A DNA stretch of 56,566 nt from a virus: positions 1 to 56,566 of the IMG/VR virus record IMGVR_UViG_3300045988_014023, one strand, 5' to 3'. Below the pieces are notes generated by a model. The model was not told the DNA's origin and did no database searches. It saw only the letters and a list, made by a program, of their open reading frames with translations. A program made the position numbers and the translations under genes. Positions 26,166 to 36,062 of this stretch are shown here, piece by piece (the stretch's first letter is position 1; every line of letters begins with the position of its first letter).

Positions 26166-26562
26166 CTACAAACGAAAATTTGATTGCGTCATACTTAATC
26201 TTCCCATGTGCCACAGAATAGAACGTGGGCTGAATATCAGCGATATATCCGTACTGTGTCACATATCCGCGTTTTTCCGGCACGTATGCCGTGATATAGC
26301 CACCGCGCTCCTTTGCCTTGGTATAGTTCTTTTCTATGTTCTTCCAAAAATCATCAAACTGCTTTTCGGTCAGCATGGCTTTGGTTTCAAACTCAACCTT
26401 TAGGGCTTTCAGTTCCACGGCATCACGATGCTCATATCCGTTTTCATCCGTCCAAGGGTCTTTATCCTGCATGTTTACATAGGAACTAAACGTGTCCTGC
26501 TTTATTAAATTGTTTGGTATGGTATAATTGCCAAACTTTACTAAATATCCGCCATATCCCAT
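26146..26562 (-). CDS. Tail component (distal-tail position)
   Basis: 138-aa ORF immediately upstream of the tail tip gene. Positional call only. Confidence 0.4.
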   Translation of the reverse strand: MGYGGYLVKFGNYTIPNNLIKQDTFSSYVNMQDKDPWTDENGYEHRDAVELKALKVEFETKAMLTEKQFDDFWKNIEKNYTKAKERGGYITAYVPEKRGYVTQYGYIADIQPTFYSVAHGKIKYDAIKFSFVGGVYDK

Positions 26563-26633
26563 CGTTTACCTCCTAAAAATGGGTATAAAAATAGCACCTA
26601 CCGTTTGGTAGATGCTATCCATTTGATTAAATT

Positions 26634-27437
26634 TTAAGCTACTACTGATTCCCATTCAGATTTCAGCTTTTCTACATCGTTTTCAAAAAGTTTGCAAGCG
26701 ATTTCGTACAACTGCGGAATCATTCCCATTTCCCTGTCAATATAATCCATCTTGTTTCTTACTTTTGGTTTGAGCGCGCACCCTTCCATCCTTGATTTAA
26801 GGTTGCAGTGATATTTCCTTTCAAATTCTCCATAAAGCAACGAATAGCGTTCTTGATACTTTCCATCGGCACCAAAACGGACAATCTGCGTTATCCGCTG
26901 TCTCTTGGTCGCCAAGTCAATATCATCAACAAGTCCGATAATAACATCTTCCTTATGGATGATTTCTTTCTGCTGTCTTTTAATGGTTTCGTTCTGCTCT
27001 CTAACAGTTTTTAATGTCTGTGAAAATATCAGTTTAGTGTTTTCATCTGCATATGGTAGGTAAGTAGAAATAAATAATTCATCATTATTGACATACCCAC
27101 CTGTTTTACGGATTGCAGGTAGAACCTCGGATGTTACCCACTTGCGAAACTTCTTTGCGTTCGGCTTGTCGCTCCGAACGATAACCGCATATAAGCCGCT
27201 CTCTGTAATGAAATTTGATTCTCCTGCACGACCGCCTAGATTTAATCTAGTCAGTTCATCTTCATCAAGCCTTTTTGCTACGTCTGTAGCATTTTTAATT
27301 TCCAATGCCCTGCAAACATCAATAAGGCAAAACATCGGTTCATCATCGACCATGACCATTCTGATCTGTCCGAATATTGGATTCTCAAATACCTCAATGC
27401 CGTTTTGAATCTTAAGCATAAGTTGTGATTTTTTCAT
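26634..27437 (-). CDS. Second Bro-N domain antirepressor-like protein
   Basis: 267 aa. VFENPIFGQIRMVMVDDEPMFCLIDVCRALEI...FRKWVTSEVLPAIRKTGGY. Paralogous to 18223..18981. Confidence 0.8.
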   Translation of the reverse strand: MKKSQLMLKIQNGIEVFENPIFGQIRMVMVDDEPMFCLIDVCRALEIKNATDVAKRLDEDELTRLNLGGRAGESNFITESGLYAVIVRSDKPNAKKFRKWVTSEVLPAIRKTGGYVNNDELFISTYLPYADENTKLIFSQTLKTVREQNETIKRQQKEIIHKEDVIIGLVDDIDLATKRQRITQIVRFGADGKYQERYSLLYGEFERKYHCNLKSRMEGCALKPKVRNKMDYIDREMGMIPQLYEIACKLFENDVEKLKSEWESVVA

Positions 27438-27466
27438 TCGTGTCTACCTCCATACATTTTTATCTG

Positions 27467-27511
27467 AATAAAAAAGAGGAAGCCACTTGTGAAATCACAT
27501 TGGTTTCCTCT
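27467..27511 (-). terminator. Hairpin + U-tract upstream of the Bro-N gene
   Basis: Minus strand: AGAGGAAACCA-15 nt loop-TGGCTTCCTCT, then TTTTTTATT. 10/11 bp stem, but the loop is long. Confidence 0.35.
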
Positions 27512-27620
27512 TTCGTACAGTATGGCGTTCAAGTAAGTAATCCGCATCTTCACGGATAAGGTTGTTTCCTTAGTAATAAGGATAGACTATTTTTGATTTT
27601 GTGTCAATCCGATTTTGGAA

Positions 27621-27647
27621 TTAAAATAAGCCGTGTTTCCACGGCTT
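27621..27647 (-). terminator. Rho-independent terminator after 27654..28340
   Basis: AAGCCGTG-GAAA-CACGGCTT, an 8-bp perfect stem followed by ATTTTAA on the minus strand. Confidence 0.6.
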
Positions 27648-27653
27648 ATGCTT

Positions 27654-28340
27654 TTATTCTTCTGCCACTATTGAAAATTTTACTTTTGAATTTCCATAAT
27701 AGCTTGTGCTATATTCTGTGTCAAAAACTTTCGTGTCCATAGGAACTTCAAAATATATCGAACCTTTAGTTTTTTTACCCGGACTAAGCGTTGTGTCAAA
27801 TGTGCTGTCTATGTAATCAACAGCATAATCGTCTGCGTATGCCGAAAAATCATATCCAGAAATGTCTTGATCTTCATCTGATATATTTTCAAACTCGAAA
27901 TCTAGTTTCATAAACGCATTTCCATCATTAGGACTTTGATATGCAACATCGTCCAATGTTAATTTTGCGGATGAAAATGTTATTATCAAGTCATTAGTCT
28001 CAACCGAATCACCTAATGTGAAGTAGTCATCGGATGAATCGGTTGATTCTTCCGTTTCATCATCCGATGCTTCCACATCTGGACTGCTTTCAACTTTTTC
28101 TGGTTGGTCTGAATCACTTTCATCAAATACAAGTGCCGCAAAAATAAAAATAATTATCGCAACTATTGAACAAGCAAGACCCGCAATTGCAGTTCCATGC
28201 CCTTTCCATTTTTGCGTAAGTGCAATTATTGCGCATACGAGACCGATTATTGCAGGGACTACACCTATCGCAACACATGCTAACAAAATTCCTGCTATTC
28301 CGTACACTAAAGATGCAATTCCCCATCCACTTTGTTTCAT
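27654..28340 (-). CDS. Membrane protein: N-terminal TM bundle, acidic linker, DUF4352-like extracellular domain
   Basis: 228 aa. GIASLVYGIAGILLACVAIG..., then a D/E/S-rich linker, then the beta-rich ...GKKTKGSIYFEVP pattern. Confidence 0.6.
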   Translation of the reverse strand: MKQSGWGIASLVYGIAGILLACVAIGVVPAIIGLVCAIIALTQKWKGHGTAIAGLACSIVAIIIFIFAALVFDESDSDQPEKVESSPDVEASDDETEESTDSSDDYFTLGDSVETNDLIITFSSAKLTLDDVAYQSPNDGNAFMKLDFEFENISDEDQDISGYDFSAYADDYAVDYIDSTFDTTLSPGKKTKGSIYFEVPMDTKVFDTEYSTSYYGNSKVKFSIVAEE

Positions 28341-28369
28341 AATCGAATTCCTCCCAAAAATCCTTTAAC

Positions 28370-29056
28370 TCATTTTAGTAACCCAAAAGAATCTGTCACG
28401 TAGTAGTCGGAATCTTCCGAGTCCTCATTCCAGACAACTAGAGATAGTTGTATGTTGTCAATATTCTTTATTGGCAAGCTCACAATGTTATCATCCATTG
28501 TCCACCACGTTACATAAGCTTTTTTATGTGGAGATAGGTCTTGATATAACGTCCCTTCCGCCATAACATCATTTACTGATGATGTGTCAGAATTAACCGT
28601 AATATTATTGTCTGTAATATTTTCGATTGTCAAGCAAGCTATAAGTTCGTCCGGATATGTTCCCTTCTTTAGCCCTGTAAAATAAACCCTAATGCTCGAA
28701 TCTTCGTATGCAAGTCTGTTGATTTTCTCTTTCACGGTTACTTTGCAAGACATTACTTTCTTTCCGACTTTAGCTTTGATCGTTGCCGTTCCGGATGATA
28801 CTGCCGTAACAATTCCGCTTTTACCTACCTTTGCAATGCTTGGTTCGGTTGAACTCCATTTAACTCGTGCTTTTGTTCCGGTAACTTTCAATTTCTGTGT
28901 TTTCCCAACATCAAGCGAAATTGCTTTCTTGTTTAATTTGATAGTTGCCGCCTGAGCAACAATCTGTCCCTCATCTGCATTTTGGATTGGCATAGCCGAA
29001 ATCAAAACGGCAAATGCCAACCCCATAGCTACTAATAATTTTTTTACGCTTCTCAT
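28370..29056 (-). CDS. Secreted Big_2 (Ig-like) domain protein
   Basis: Start set at MRSVKKLLVAMGLAFAVLISA (signal peptide, AGGAG RBS). LNKKAISLDVGKTQKLKVTG...WSSTEPSIAKVGKSGIVTAVSSGTATIKAKV is a Big_2 pattern. Confidence 0.65.
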   Translation of the reverse strand: MRSVKKLLVAMGLAFAVLISAMPIQNADEGQIVAQAATIKLNKKAISLDVGKTQKLKVTGTKARVKWSSTEPSIAKVGKSGIVTAVSSGTATIKAKVGKKVMSCKVTVKEKINRLAYEDSSIRVYFTGLKKGTYPDELIACLTIENITDNNITVNSDTSSVNDVMAEGTLYQDLSPHKKAYVTWWTMDDNIVSLPIKNIDNIQLSLVVWNEDSEDSDYYVTDSFGLLK

Positions 29057-29118
29057 AATGACTCCTTTCTTGTGATATAATTTATTTAGAATTATATCAC
29101 GTTTAATTATAGAAGTCA

Positions 29119-32100
29119 CTAAAAAACATAGGCATTGTCTCCGGTTCGATTGTAATATTCTCTCCCATAATCCCTTGCGGCTTTTCCTATGTCGTTTGTA
29201 GTAATTCCGAAATTTTTCTGTAAAATAGCTTGTAATAACTGATTTTGCTGTCGCAATAAGGAAACCTCTTGCGCAGATGTTGAATTGATAGCATCTTTGA
29301 TTCCGGTAATTTCTTGGCTTCCTGCGACCGCTGGCTTACCTCCGACTGTTCCCATAATTTCCGGAAGTCCATTTTCTCCAACTGTTGCTATGCTATATTT
29401 ATCCATAAAACCGCCCGTTGCATAAGCCTTTACTTTAGGTAGGCTCACTTTCGGCACAAGATCGACTCCACTCCACTTTACCTTTGCTACTTTAGCCGCC
29501 GCAGAAACAACACTGTTGAACCCTTTCAAAACGGTATTCACCCCACCGATCAATGAATTTATTGCTGTTTCAATTCTTGAAATTACGGTGTTCATTGCCC
29601 CGGCAACACCACTTTTCACGCTATTCCATAATTTGCTGAATATTTCAGTTACACTTTCTTTCATCTTCGAGAAAGCATTTTTTATCGGGGTGGTTACATG
29701 TTCTTTAAACCAACTAGAAACACTGTTCCACGCCCCGGTTACCGCTGTCTTTGCCGCGCTAAATGCTTTCTGAATAGATTCTTTTGCTGAACCAAAAGCA
29801 TTCTTAATAGGTGTTGTAACATGTTCCTTAAACCAACCGGAAACCACCGCCCATACCGATTTCACAGTTGCCCATAGAACCTTGAATATGGTTGATACTG
29901 CCGATTTCAATAATTCAAAGTTCTTCTTTATTGGCTCTATTACCTTTGATTTAAACCAATCAGAAACAACAATCCATACCGCCTTGACAATAATCCACAA
30001 TCCTTCAAAGATTTGACCAACTCTTTTCGAAAATCCTTGGAAAAATGAAACAATAGGAGTTATAACATTAGTATTGAACCATCCAGAAACTGTTTCCCAT
30101 ACACCGGATATATCTTTCCATAAAGAAGAGAAAAAACCGGAAACGGATTTCCATAATCCCTCAAAAAATCCGCTTATTGGCTTAATCACATTAGTATTAA
30201 ACCAATCTCCGGCTTTTGAGAAAATTCCTTTTATTTCTTCCCAATGATCCTTGACTACTACAGCCGCCGTTGCAACACCGGCTACTATTCCTGCGGTAAT
30301 CGCTGCAGGTGCTGCCGCTACCCCTAAAATAACCGCCCCGACTGCCGTAATCGTAACTCCGACAAGCATAAGTGCTTCATTAAGCCAACTGAATCCGTTC
30401 TTTAACATGGTCACAAAGTTTGATATTGCAGTAAATGCGCCAATCGCAACGGAGCCTATTCCGGTTATTGCTTTTGCAACAGGGCTTATAAATGCAAGCG
30501 CGCTCTCTGCGGCTCCACTGCCGAATAAGGCTTTTGCGCCAGCCGAAACAGTTGCCCCAAGTGTAGCAAACGCCCCTCCTATTTTTTTTGACAGAGCGGT
30601 AGACAATACCGCTGAAATTCCCTCATTTGCCGCAATTTCAACGCCAAGCCTTGATGCAAGTGAACCGGCTATTGCTTTCGAAATGGAAGTTCCGATTATA
30701 TCAAGTGCTGTTTTTGCAAGATGCAATCCAAGAATTTTTTTGATTGTCAGCGCGCCGATTATAATTTCAACCGTCTTTACATCTAAGTTACTTAAAAACT
30801 CCTTTGCTCCGTTCCAAACATCCTTCCAAGAGATTTTACTTAATGCTGTCGTAACTGCATCAAACGCGCCTTGCGCCCACGAATTAAGCGTTTGAGCCAA
30901 TAATGCAAAATCAAAGTTTTGGAAAAACTTGTTGATTCCGTCTGCGATTGAATTTCCAAATTGTTTCCAATCAAACGTCGTGCCAAATGAATCCAATCCG
31001 TGAAGAACTGTATTTAATGAATTAGCTATCAGCTTTCCGGTTTCTCCGAAAAGCGTTGTGCCTTTTTGCCCTTTAAATAGTCCGTTAAGGAATTTGGCTA
31101 ATCCTCTTCCAAAACCTTCAGCTTTTGCATACACTTTTTTCCATTTAATTTTTTTCATTGCGTTAATTAACGCACCGGAAATAGACTCTCCCAACTGTTC
31201 AAGGTCTTTGATGTTGCTTTTGAATTTCTTAAAGATGGTGTCGGTCTGAACTAAACCACCATCAGCCCCGGTGCCGCCACCAGCACCTGAACCAGATCCA
31301 GAACCAGAACCTTTATTCCCCGAACCGGAACCCTTGTCTTTACTCTGTTTTGAAATAACCTTTAATTCATCAAATGCACGAGTTGCCTGTTGGATTTCCT
31401 TTTTTGCTTTCTTGGCATTCTTTGCGATACCGCCTGTGTTTTTCCCTGCGTTTCCTGCGGCATTACTTAAATCATCCATGCCATCAGACGCGCTCCCAAT
31501 ATCATCAGCAAGACCGCTGATTCCTGCCCCTTTGCTTGCTTCATACTTCCATCCAAAGATAGAACCTAAAGCATTTGTGACCATTTCCGCAAAAGAAATA
31601 ACCTTTTGCAGAACTGCATTAAGTACCTTGATAAACGGCTTAAATGCATTGATTAAACCACCACCAACAACCGCTCCAAGTGCTTTGAAATTCTCTTTAA
31701 GCATGGTTATCTGGTTATGCCACGTATCTGCTGTACGTGCGAAATCTCCGGTAATATTGGTTGTATGCGCAAGCACATACTGATAACGCAACATGGCTTT
31801 TTGAGCCTGCGTCATGGATGATATATTCGCATCAAGCCCTTGCTTTAACGCCCATTCCTTTAATGTTGCCTGTGTCAAGTCGATACCATAACGCCGCATA
31901 GGCGCCGTGGTACCGGAAAATACAGATTGCAGACTCTTGGCAATATCTTCTTGACTCACATCATAGAATGAAGCCATATCTCCGGCTAATTCTGTCAACC
32001 GGATGGACATTTTTGCCATTTTCCCCTGTGGAATATCAAGGGCTGTTCCCATTGCTTGGAAACGGCTTGCAAACTGTTTTGCGGACAATTCGGACATACC

Positions 32101-32892
32101 AAATTTTTCAATTGATGTTTTTGCGAAATTGTTAATTAGGCTTTCATACTGCCCGAATGTCTGCCTTACAACGTTCTCAACCTCTGTCAGTGAGGATGAT
32201 ATATCAATAGCATCTCCAAGTAGCCTAAATCCTCGGAATAGAGTCCAATACGTTGCATACACTTTTCCGATTGCAGACGCAAGAGAGAAAGACTTCTTAG
32301 TAACCGCAGAAGCACCGGAACTAAATCCGCTAAATGAGCTTGTGATGCTTTTTGCCGCTGTTCCTGCCGCTCCACCGGTACGCGATAATTTTGCCAATGC
32401 GTTTGTCATGTCAATAATATTCCGGCTTACGCTAGGGGCTTTCGACAGTTCAGACATAAGCTGTCGCATTGCCGTGGCAAGTTTCGGTATATTTTCAATC
32501 GCCTTGGTGGAACTCTGGTAGCCAAGCTGTTTGATTGCAGATGCAAGTTCGGTCAGACCCTTAACAGATGCTGACATTCCAGAAAGCCCTTTTACCGCAT
32601 TGGAAATCTGACGCATAGAACCAGCCGCGGCATTAATCTGTCTGCTGTTGATAGAGCCTAATTTGCTCACATTTCTTGCCACTGCAGAAAAAGTCCGTGT
32701 GTCAATTCCGCGCATTGCCGTCATTGCCACTGCAAGTCGGTTTACCCCTGTGGAAAGGCTATTCAAATTCCCGGTACTAAGTCCGGAAAGTGCGGAAGAT
32801 AATCTCCCAAGCCTTGTCACAAGCGCATCTATCTGACTGCTTGCCTGTTGTGCCTGTGCTTGGATTTTTATTTCAAGAGACTCTAATTCCAT
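29119..32892 (-). CDS. Tape measure protein
   Basis: 1257 aa. Follows the chaperone genes, is helical/Gly-Ala-rich with hydrophobic stretches, and has repeated ...WFKEHVTTPIKNAF... units. Confidence 0.9.
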   Translation of the reverse strand: MELESLEIKIQAQAQQASSQIDALVTRLGRLSSALSGLSTGNLNSLSTGVNRLAVAMTAMRGIDTRTFSAVARNVSKLGSINSRQINAAAGSMRQISNAVKGLSGMSASVKGLTELASAIKQLGYQSSTKAIENIPKLATAMRQLMSELSKAPSVSRNIIDMTNALAKLSRTGGAAGTAAKSITSSFSGFSSGASAVTKKSFSLASAIGKVYATYWTLFRGFRLLGDAIDISSSLTEVENVVRQTFGQYESLINNFAKTSIEKFGMSELSAKQFASRFQAMGTALDIPQGKMAKMSIRLTELAGDMASFYDVSQEDIAKSLQSVFSGTTAPMRRYGIDLTQATLKEWALKQGLDANISSMTQAQKAMLRYQYVLAHTTNITGDFARTADTWHNQITMLKENFKALGAVVGGGLINAFKPFIKVLNAVLQKVISFAEMVTNALGSIFGWKYEASKGAGISGLADDIGSASDGMDDLSNAAGNAGKNTGGIAKNAKKAKKEIQQATRAFDELKVISKQSKDKGSGSGNKGSGSGSGSGAGGGTGADGGLVQTDTIFKKFKSNIKDLEQLGESISGALINAMKKIKWKKVYAKAEGFGRGLAKFLNGLFKGQKGTTLFGETGKLIANSLNTVLHGLDSFGTTFDWKQFGNSIADGINKFFQNFDFALLAQTLNSWAQGAFDAVTTALSKISWKDVWNGAKEFLSNLDVKTVEIIIGALTIKKILGLHLAKTALDIIGTSISKAIAGSLASRLGVEIAANEGISAVLSTALSKKIGGAFATLGATVSAGAKALFGSGAAESALAFISPVAKAITGIGSVAIGAFTAISNFVTMLKNGFSWLNEALMLVGVTITAVGAVILGVAAAPAAITAGIVAGVATAAVVVKDHWEEIKGIFSKAGDWFNTNVIKPISGFFEGLWKSVSGFFSSLWKDISGVWETVSGWFNTNVITPIVSFFQGFSKRVGQIFEGLWIIVKAVWIVVSDWFKSKVIEPIKKNFELLKSAVSTIFKVLWATVKSVWAVVSGWFKEHVTTPIKNAFGSAKESIQKAFSAAKTAVTGAWNSVSSWFKEHVTTPIKNAFSKMKESVTEIFSKLWNSVKSGVAGAMNTVISRIETAINSLIGGVNTVLKGFNSVVSAAAKVAKVKWSGVDLVPKVSLPKVKAYATGGFMDKYSIATVGENGLPEIMGTVGGKPAVAGSQEITGIKDAINSTSAQEVSLLRQQNQLLQAILQKNFGITTNDIGKAARDYGREYYNRTGDNAYVF

Positions 32893-32953
32893 TTATCCAC
32901 CAACTTTCTACATAAGAAAAAGACGGTAGGATTTGACCCCTACCGCCCTTGAA

Positions 32954-33643
32954 TTACTTTTTCAGTTTTCCCTTTTTCAGAAGAGAAAGCATCTTTGAAT
33001 TTTCCTCTGACGTAAACTTAAAATTGGAAAATCCGTTCTTTTTTGCGATTTCCTCACGATGTTCTTTCGATACATCATCTTCCCCAACAGCTTTTAATGC
33101 TTCTACGATTGAGTTTGAGTTTCCTTTATACTTCGGATAATACTTTCCTTTGCTTTTCTTTGCACCGCTTACAACAATAACTGTGTGCCCTTTTATGCGT
33201 GTCACAAGAATATCTCCGTTGCGAAGAATAAACCCGGCATGATAAGAACCCATATCATCAAACAAACCGGATTTCAAAATTACCGGTCGTTCATTGGATG
33301 TATTGAAATCTCCCACATCCTTACCGGATGCATAGATAATACAGGCACGTACAAGAGAAGAACAATCGCATTCCGTCTTGACTTTTGTGTTGATTCCATG
33401 CTTAATGACTCCGTAGCGTTCCGATTGGTCATAGCCGATATTTTTGTTATCAGATGCAATCTTCATAGCTTCGGCTAACTTCTCCGCAACCCTATCGTCC
33501 TTCGCTCTTAGCACGTACCATCCCTTAGAATGGTTGTAAAACTTCTGCGTAGACACTTCCTGTCCGGTCTGGTCTCCAGCTTTTCCACCAGAATAGCAAT
33601 TTCCGTGTTCATCATGCCTAGCACTTCCGATAATTACTGCCAT
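32954..33643 (-). CDS. Peptidoglycan hydrolase (Amidase_5 / NlpC-P60-like) with C-terminal binding-type domain
   Basis: 229 aa. GNCYSGGKAGDQTGQEV...GYDQSERYG...CDCSSLV...GHTVIV, a catalytic Cys/His pattern recalled from phage Amidase_5 lysins. Confidence 0.6.
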   Translation of the reverse strand: MAVIIGSARHDEHGNCYSGGKAGDQTGQEVSTQKFYNHSKGWYVLRAKDDRVAEKLAEAMKIASDNKNIGYDQSERYGVIKHGINTKVKTECDCSSLVRACIIYASGKDVGDFNTSNERPVILKSGLFDDMGSYHAGFILRNGDILVTRIKGHTVIVVSGAKKSKGKYYPKYKGNSNSIVEALKAVGEDDVSKEHREEIAKKNGFSNFKFTSEENSKMLSLLKKGKLKK

Positions 33644-33659
33644 AGCAATACCTCTTTTC

Positions 33660-33998
33660 TTAAACTATCTTTGGTTTTGGTAAATGTGATTGTCTTGATT
33701 TAGCCGCCCATTCTTCTTCTGCCTTAAGCATTTCTCGTATCTCTGCATCTGGATCGTCCGTATTCTGCTTTTCAATGGAATCATAGCAAGTTTCTTTCAC
33801 GTACTTACTATTACCCTTTCCGAATGTCGCGTCTATTGCGGTCACAAGTGCTGACGTTGCATATCTGCCGAACCACATATACATTTCCATGTCGCGTTGC
33901 TTCCATTCTGCCTTATATGCATCCACATAAGGCTTAAGCAACTCTGGATTCATCATATCTATATCATCAACTGAAAATCCGTATCCTTTTGTTACCAC
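33660..33998 (-). CDS. Tail assembly chaperone, T-like ORF (-1 frame relative to G)
   Basis: GTG-start ORF. Its frame stays open upstream to 34151 and is the -1 frame of 34040..34462. Confidence 0.6.
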   Translation of the reverse strand: MVTKGYGFSVDDIDMMNPELLKPYVDAYKAEWKQRDMEMYMWFGRYATSALVTAIDATFGKGNSKYVKETCYDSIEKQNTDDPDAEIREMLKAEEEWAAKSRQSHLPKPKIV

Positions 33999-34039
33999 AA
34001 GGTAAAACGGACGGATTTCCGCAACGTAATATTCCCATG

Positions 34040-34462
34040 TTAATTCTTGTTGGCTGTCTTGGATGGAGTTTTCTTCGCCGGGGTTCGATTCTTTTTCTCC
34101 GTCTCCATCATTTGCGCTAAAAAACTGTTTGACTCCAGCTCGGACTCTAACTCATTAAACAATTCAAGGCAGTTGATTTCGCCATTGTCAATCTTTTCAG
34201 AAAGCATATCAAGCACCTTCTGGAACTGCTCGTCATATCCTTCCCCTGTTTCGTAGTCATATCCAAACTCGTCCTTATGGCTTACTTGCAGTCCTACAAG
34301 AAGCATCTTAGGAAGTGTTTCAAGTAACAGTTTCTCTACAGACTCTAAGCTTCCGTCCTGCTCACTTACCGACTCTGATACATCTTTGATAAGATGTGAC
34401 TTTAATGTTGGCTTAAAACCAAATTTGATTGAATATTCGCTATTTCCTAACTTTGCTTTCAT
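34040..34462 (-). CDS. Tail assembly chaperone, G-like
   Basis: 140 aa, acidic, between the tail tube and tape measure genes. Confidence 0.65.
   Translation of the reverse strand: MKAKLGNSEYSIKFGFKPTLKSHLIKDVSESVSEQDGSLESVEKLLLETLPKMLLVGLQVSHKDEFGYDYETGEGYDEQFQKVLDMLSEKIDNGEINCLELFNELESELESNSFLAQMMETEKKNRTPAKKTPSKTANKN
34118..34124 (-). promoter_or_regulatory. Candidate -1 slippery heptamer T_TTT_TTA in the G frame
   Basis: Minus strand aac agT TTT TTA gcg lies inside the G/T frame overlap. A second candidate, G_AAA_AAG, is at 34091-34097. Confidence 0.5.
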
Positions 34463-34605
34463 GTTTTACCTTGCCTTTCTGCCCTATATTGGCAAGGGGC
34501 AGTGTTGCCACCGCCCCATTGTTGCTTATCTCATTGCTTCAAGTTCTGCTATCGACCGTTCATCCTCGCCTACCGGTGCGGTCGATTGCTCGTCCGATAG
34601 GCTTT

Positions 34606-35091
34606 TTACCCCACCACTGTTACGGTGAATGTTCCATCGTTGTTATCAACGACAGTCAGCTTATCTGTAACAAGCTCTGATGCTGTACTTGGAATAACTG
34701 TTACCGTCATTTCAAGGATTTCATCGTTTCCACCTACATCGTTAGGTGTGGCTGTTGCGGTTCCTACATATGCGTACTTCGCTACACCGCCAATGCCGTC
34801 CGTTCCATACAGATGAATAATATCAAGTTTTTTATCTCCATATCCATCCACCTTTGAAAGATATTCTTTTTCAAGGTTTCCTGTGATTTCTCTTGAATCA
34901 GAAGTCTTAATACCTTTTTCAAAAGTCTGCTGGTCATCTTCCATTGTGGTTGACTCAACCGTGTTTGGCGGTGATGCAGGGCTTGGAACTGACTTAGCCG
35001 CAACCAAAAGATTGTATGTTCCTGCAAAGTCAGCTTGTTTTTCCGTGTGCTCTTTTACAATGACACGTGTTCTATAGCTTGTTGATGCCAT
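34606..35091 (-). CDS. Major tail (tube) protein
   Basis: 161 aa, immediately upstream of the chaperone pair. Positional and compositional call. Confidence 0.6.
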   Translation of the reverse strand: MASTSYRTRVIVKEHTEKQADFAGTYNLLVAAKSVPSPASPPNTVESTTMEDDQQTFEKGIKTSDSREITGNLEKEYLSKVDGYGDKKLDIIHLYGTDGIGGVAKYAYVGTATATPNDVGGNDEILEMTVTVIPSTASELVTDKLTVVDNNDGTFTVTVVG

Positions 35092-35111
35092 ATTTTCTAC
35101 TTCCTTTCTGC

Positions 35112-35540
35112 TTATAGCTGATCTAAATGCTCAACGTTTCCAATTACGCGAGTTGCGCGGAATGTAACCGTTCGCACTTGCTTGGAAATTGTTGGTATTA
35201 CATTTGATACCTCAAACATTTGTTGCTTAAAAAAAGACACCGCATATGCTGCGATGTCCTTAGTTGCTTTTCTTGAACCTTTGTTTGTAATTGTGATCTG
35301 AAATGTTGGGCGAATTGCATTGATTGTCTTTGCTTCATTCGTTCGTCCGGCTTCTGTGACACCGATTTGTCTGACTAAAAGTGTCGGGAATGTTGCGGTA
35401 CCGCCCGATTCTTCATCTTGCGTCACTTTAATTCCTCTTACCTTGCTTTCCATGTACGATTTCAAAAGGGAACATAAGGTATCTTCAAAATCAAGTGCCC
35501 AACTGTTTAACTCATTTTCCACCGAATACCTCCCTTGCAA
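35112..35540 (-). CDS. Tail completion/terminator-position protein
   Basis: 142-aa ORF between the neck genes and the tube gene. Confidence 0.4.
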   Translation of the reverse strand: MQGRYSVENELNSWALDFEDTLCSLLKSYMESKVRGIKVTQDEESGGTATFPTLLVRQIGVTEAGRTNEAKTINAIRPTFQITITNKGSRKATKDIAAYAVSFFKQQMFEVSNVIPTISKQVRTVTFRATRVIGNVEHLDQL

Positions 35541-36054
35541 TCTTTACATACTGTTGAATAATCTGTTGTTCCGCATTGTACATAGGCATTGTGGCTTTGA
35601 TACCGTGGGTATAACGCCATGTTTCGGTCTTATCGTCCCAATAGTACCAACCATCTTCAAAAGCGTGTATTTGCCCCGGATATGTGCCGACACCGAAGCC
35701 AAGTTCCGGTGCTTTCGGGTTCTCTTCGGAGTTATAAAAAATACCGGCTCCAAACTCTACTGCCAACAAAGTGTAGAACGGTTCTCTATCTTCTGACGTT
35801 ACCGTTTTTCCGGTTGCAATCAGAATCGCGTTCGTGGTCATTAACTGTGGTGATTTATCTACTCTTATCGTTATCGTGTTCCCTATTGGAGATTCCGATA
35901 TGTGTTGTATTGCCACCGTCTGACCTATCTGTGCAAGCCTAGAAACAAGCAAATCGCATTTAGCCTGTAAACTATCGCGGTACTTTTCTAATTCCTTTAT
36001 AGCGGCTTGTATGGACTTAGTGGATAATGTCATTGAAATAGTTTTCTTTGCCAT
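35512..36054 (-). CDS. HK97 gp10-like neck protein (by position)
   Basis: 180-aa ORF in the neck module. Confidence 0.4.
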   Translation of the reverse strand: MAKKTISMTLSTKSIQAAIKELEKYRDSLQAKCDLLVSRLAQIGQTVAIQHISESPIGNTITIRVDKSPQLMTTNAILIATGKTVTSEDREPFYTLLAVEFGAGIFYNSEENPKAPELGFGVGTYPGQIHAFEDGWYYWDDKTETWRYTHGIKATMPMYNAEQQIIQQYVKIAREVFGGK

Positions 36055-36062
36055 GCAATCAC

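Noticed and set aside
29187-32836. Many plus-strand and alternative-frame ORFs inside the tape measure gene (for example 30251..30895, 31271..31783, 32003..32521)
   Set aside because: They lie entirely within and antisense to, or out of frame with, a 1257-aa gene that has clear tape-measure character. They are Ala/Pro/Ser-rich shadow frames with no RBS.
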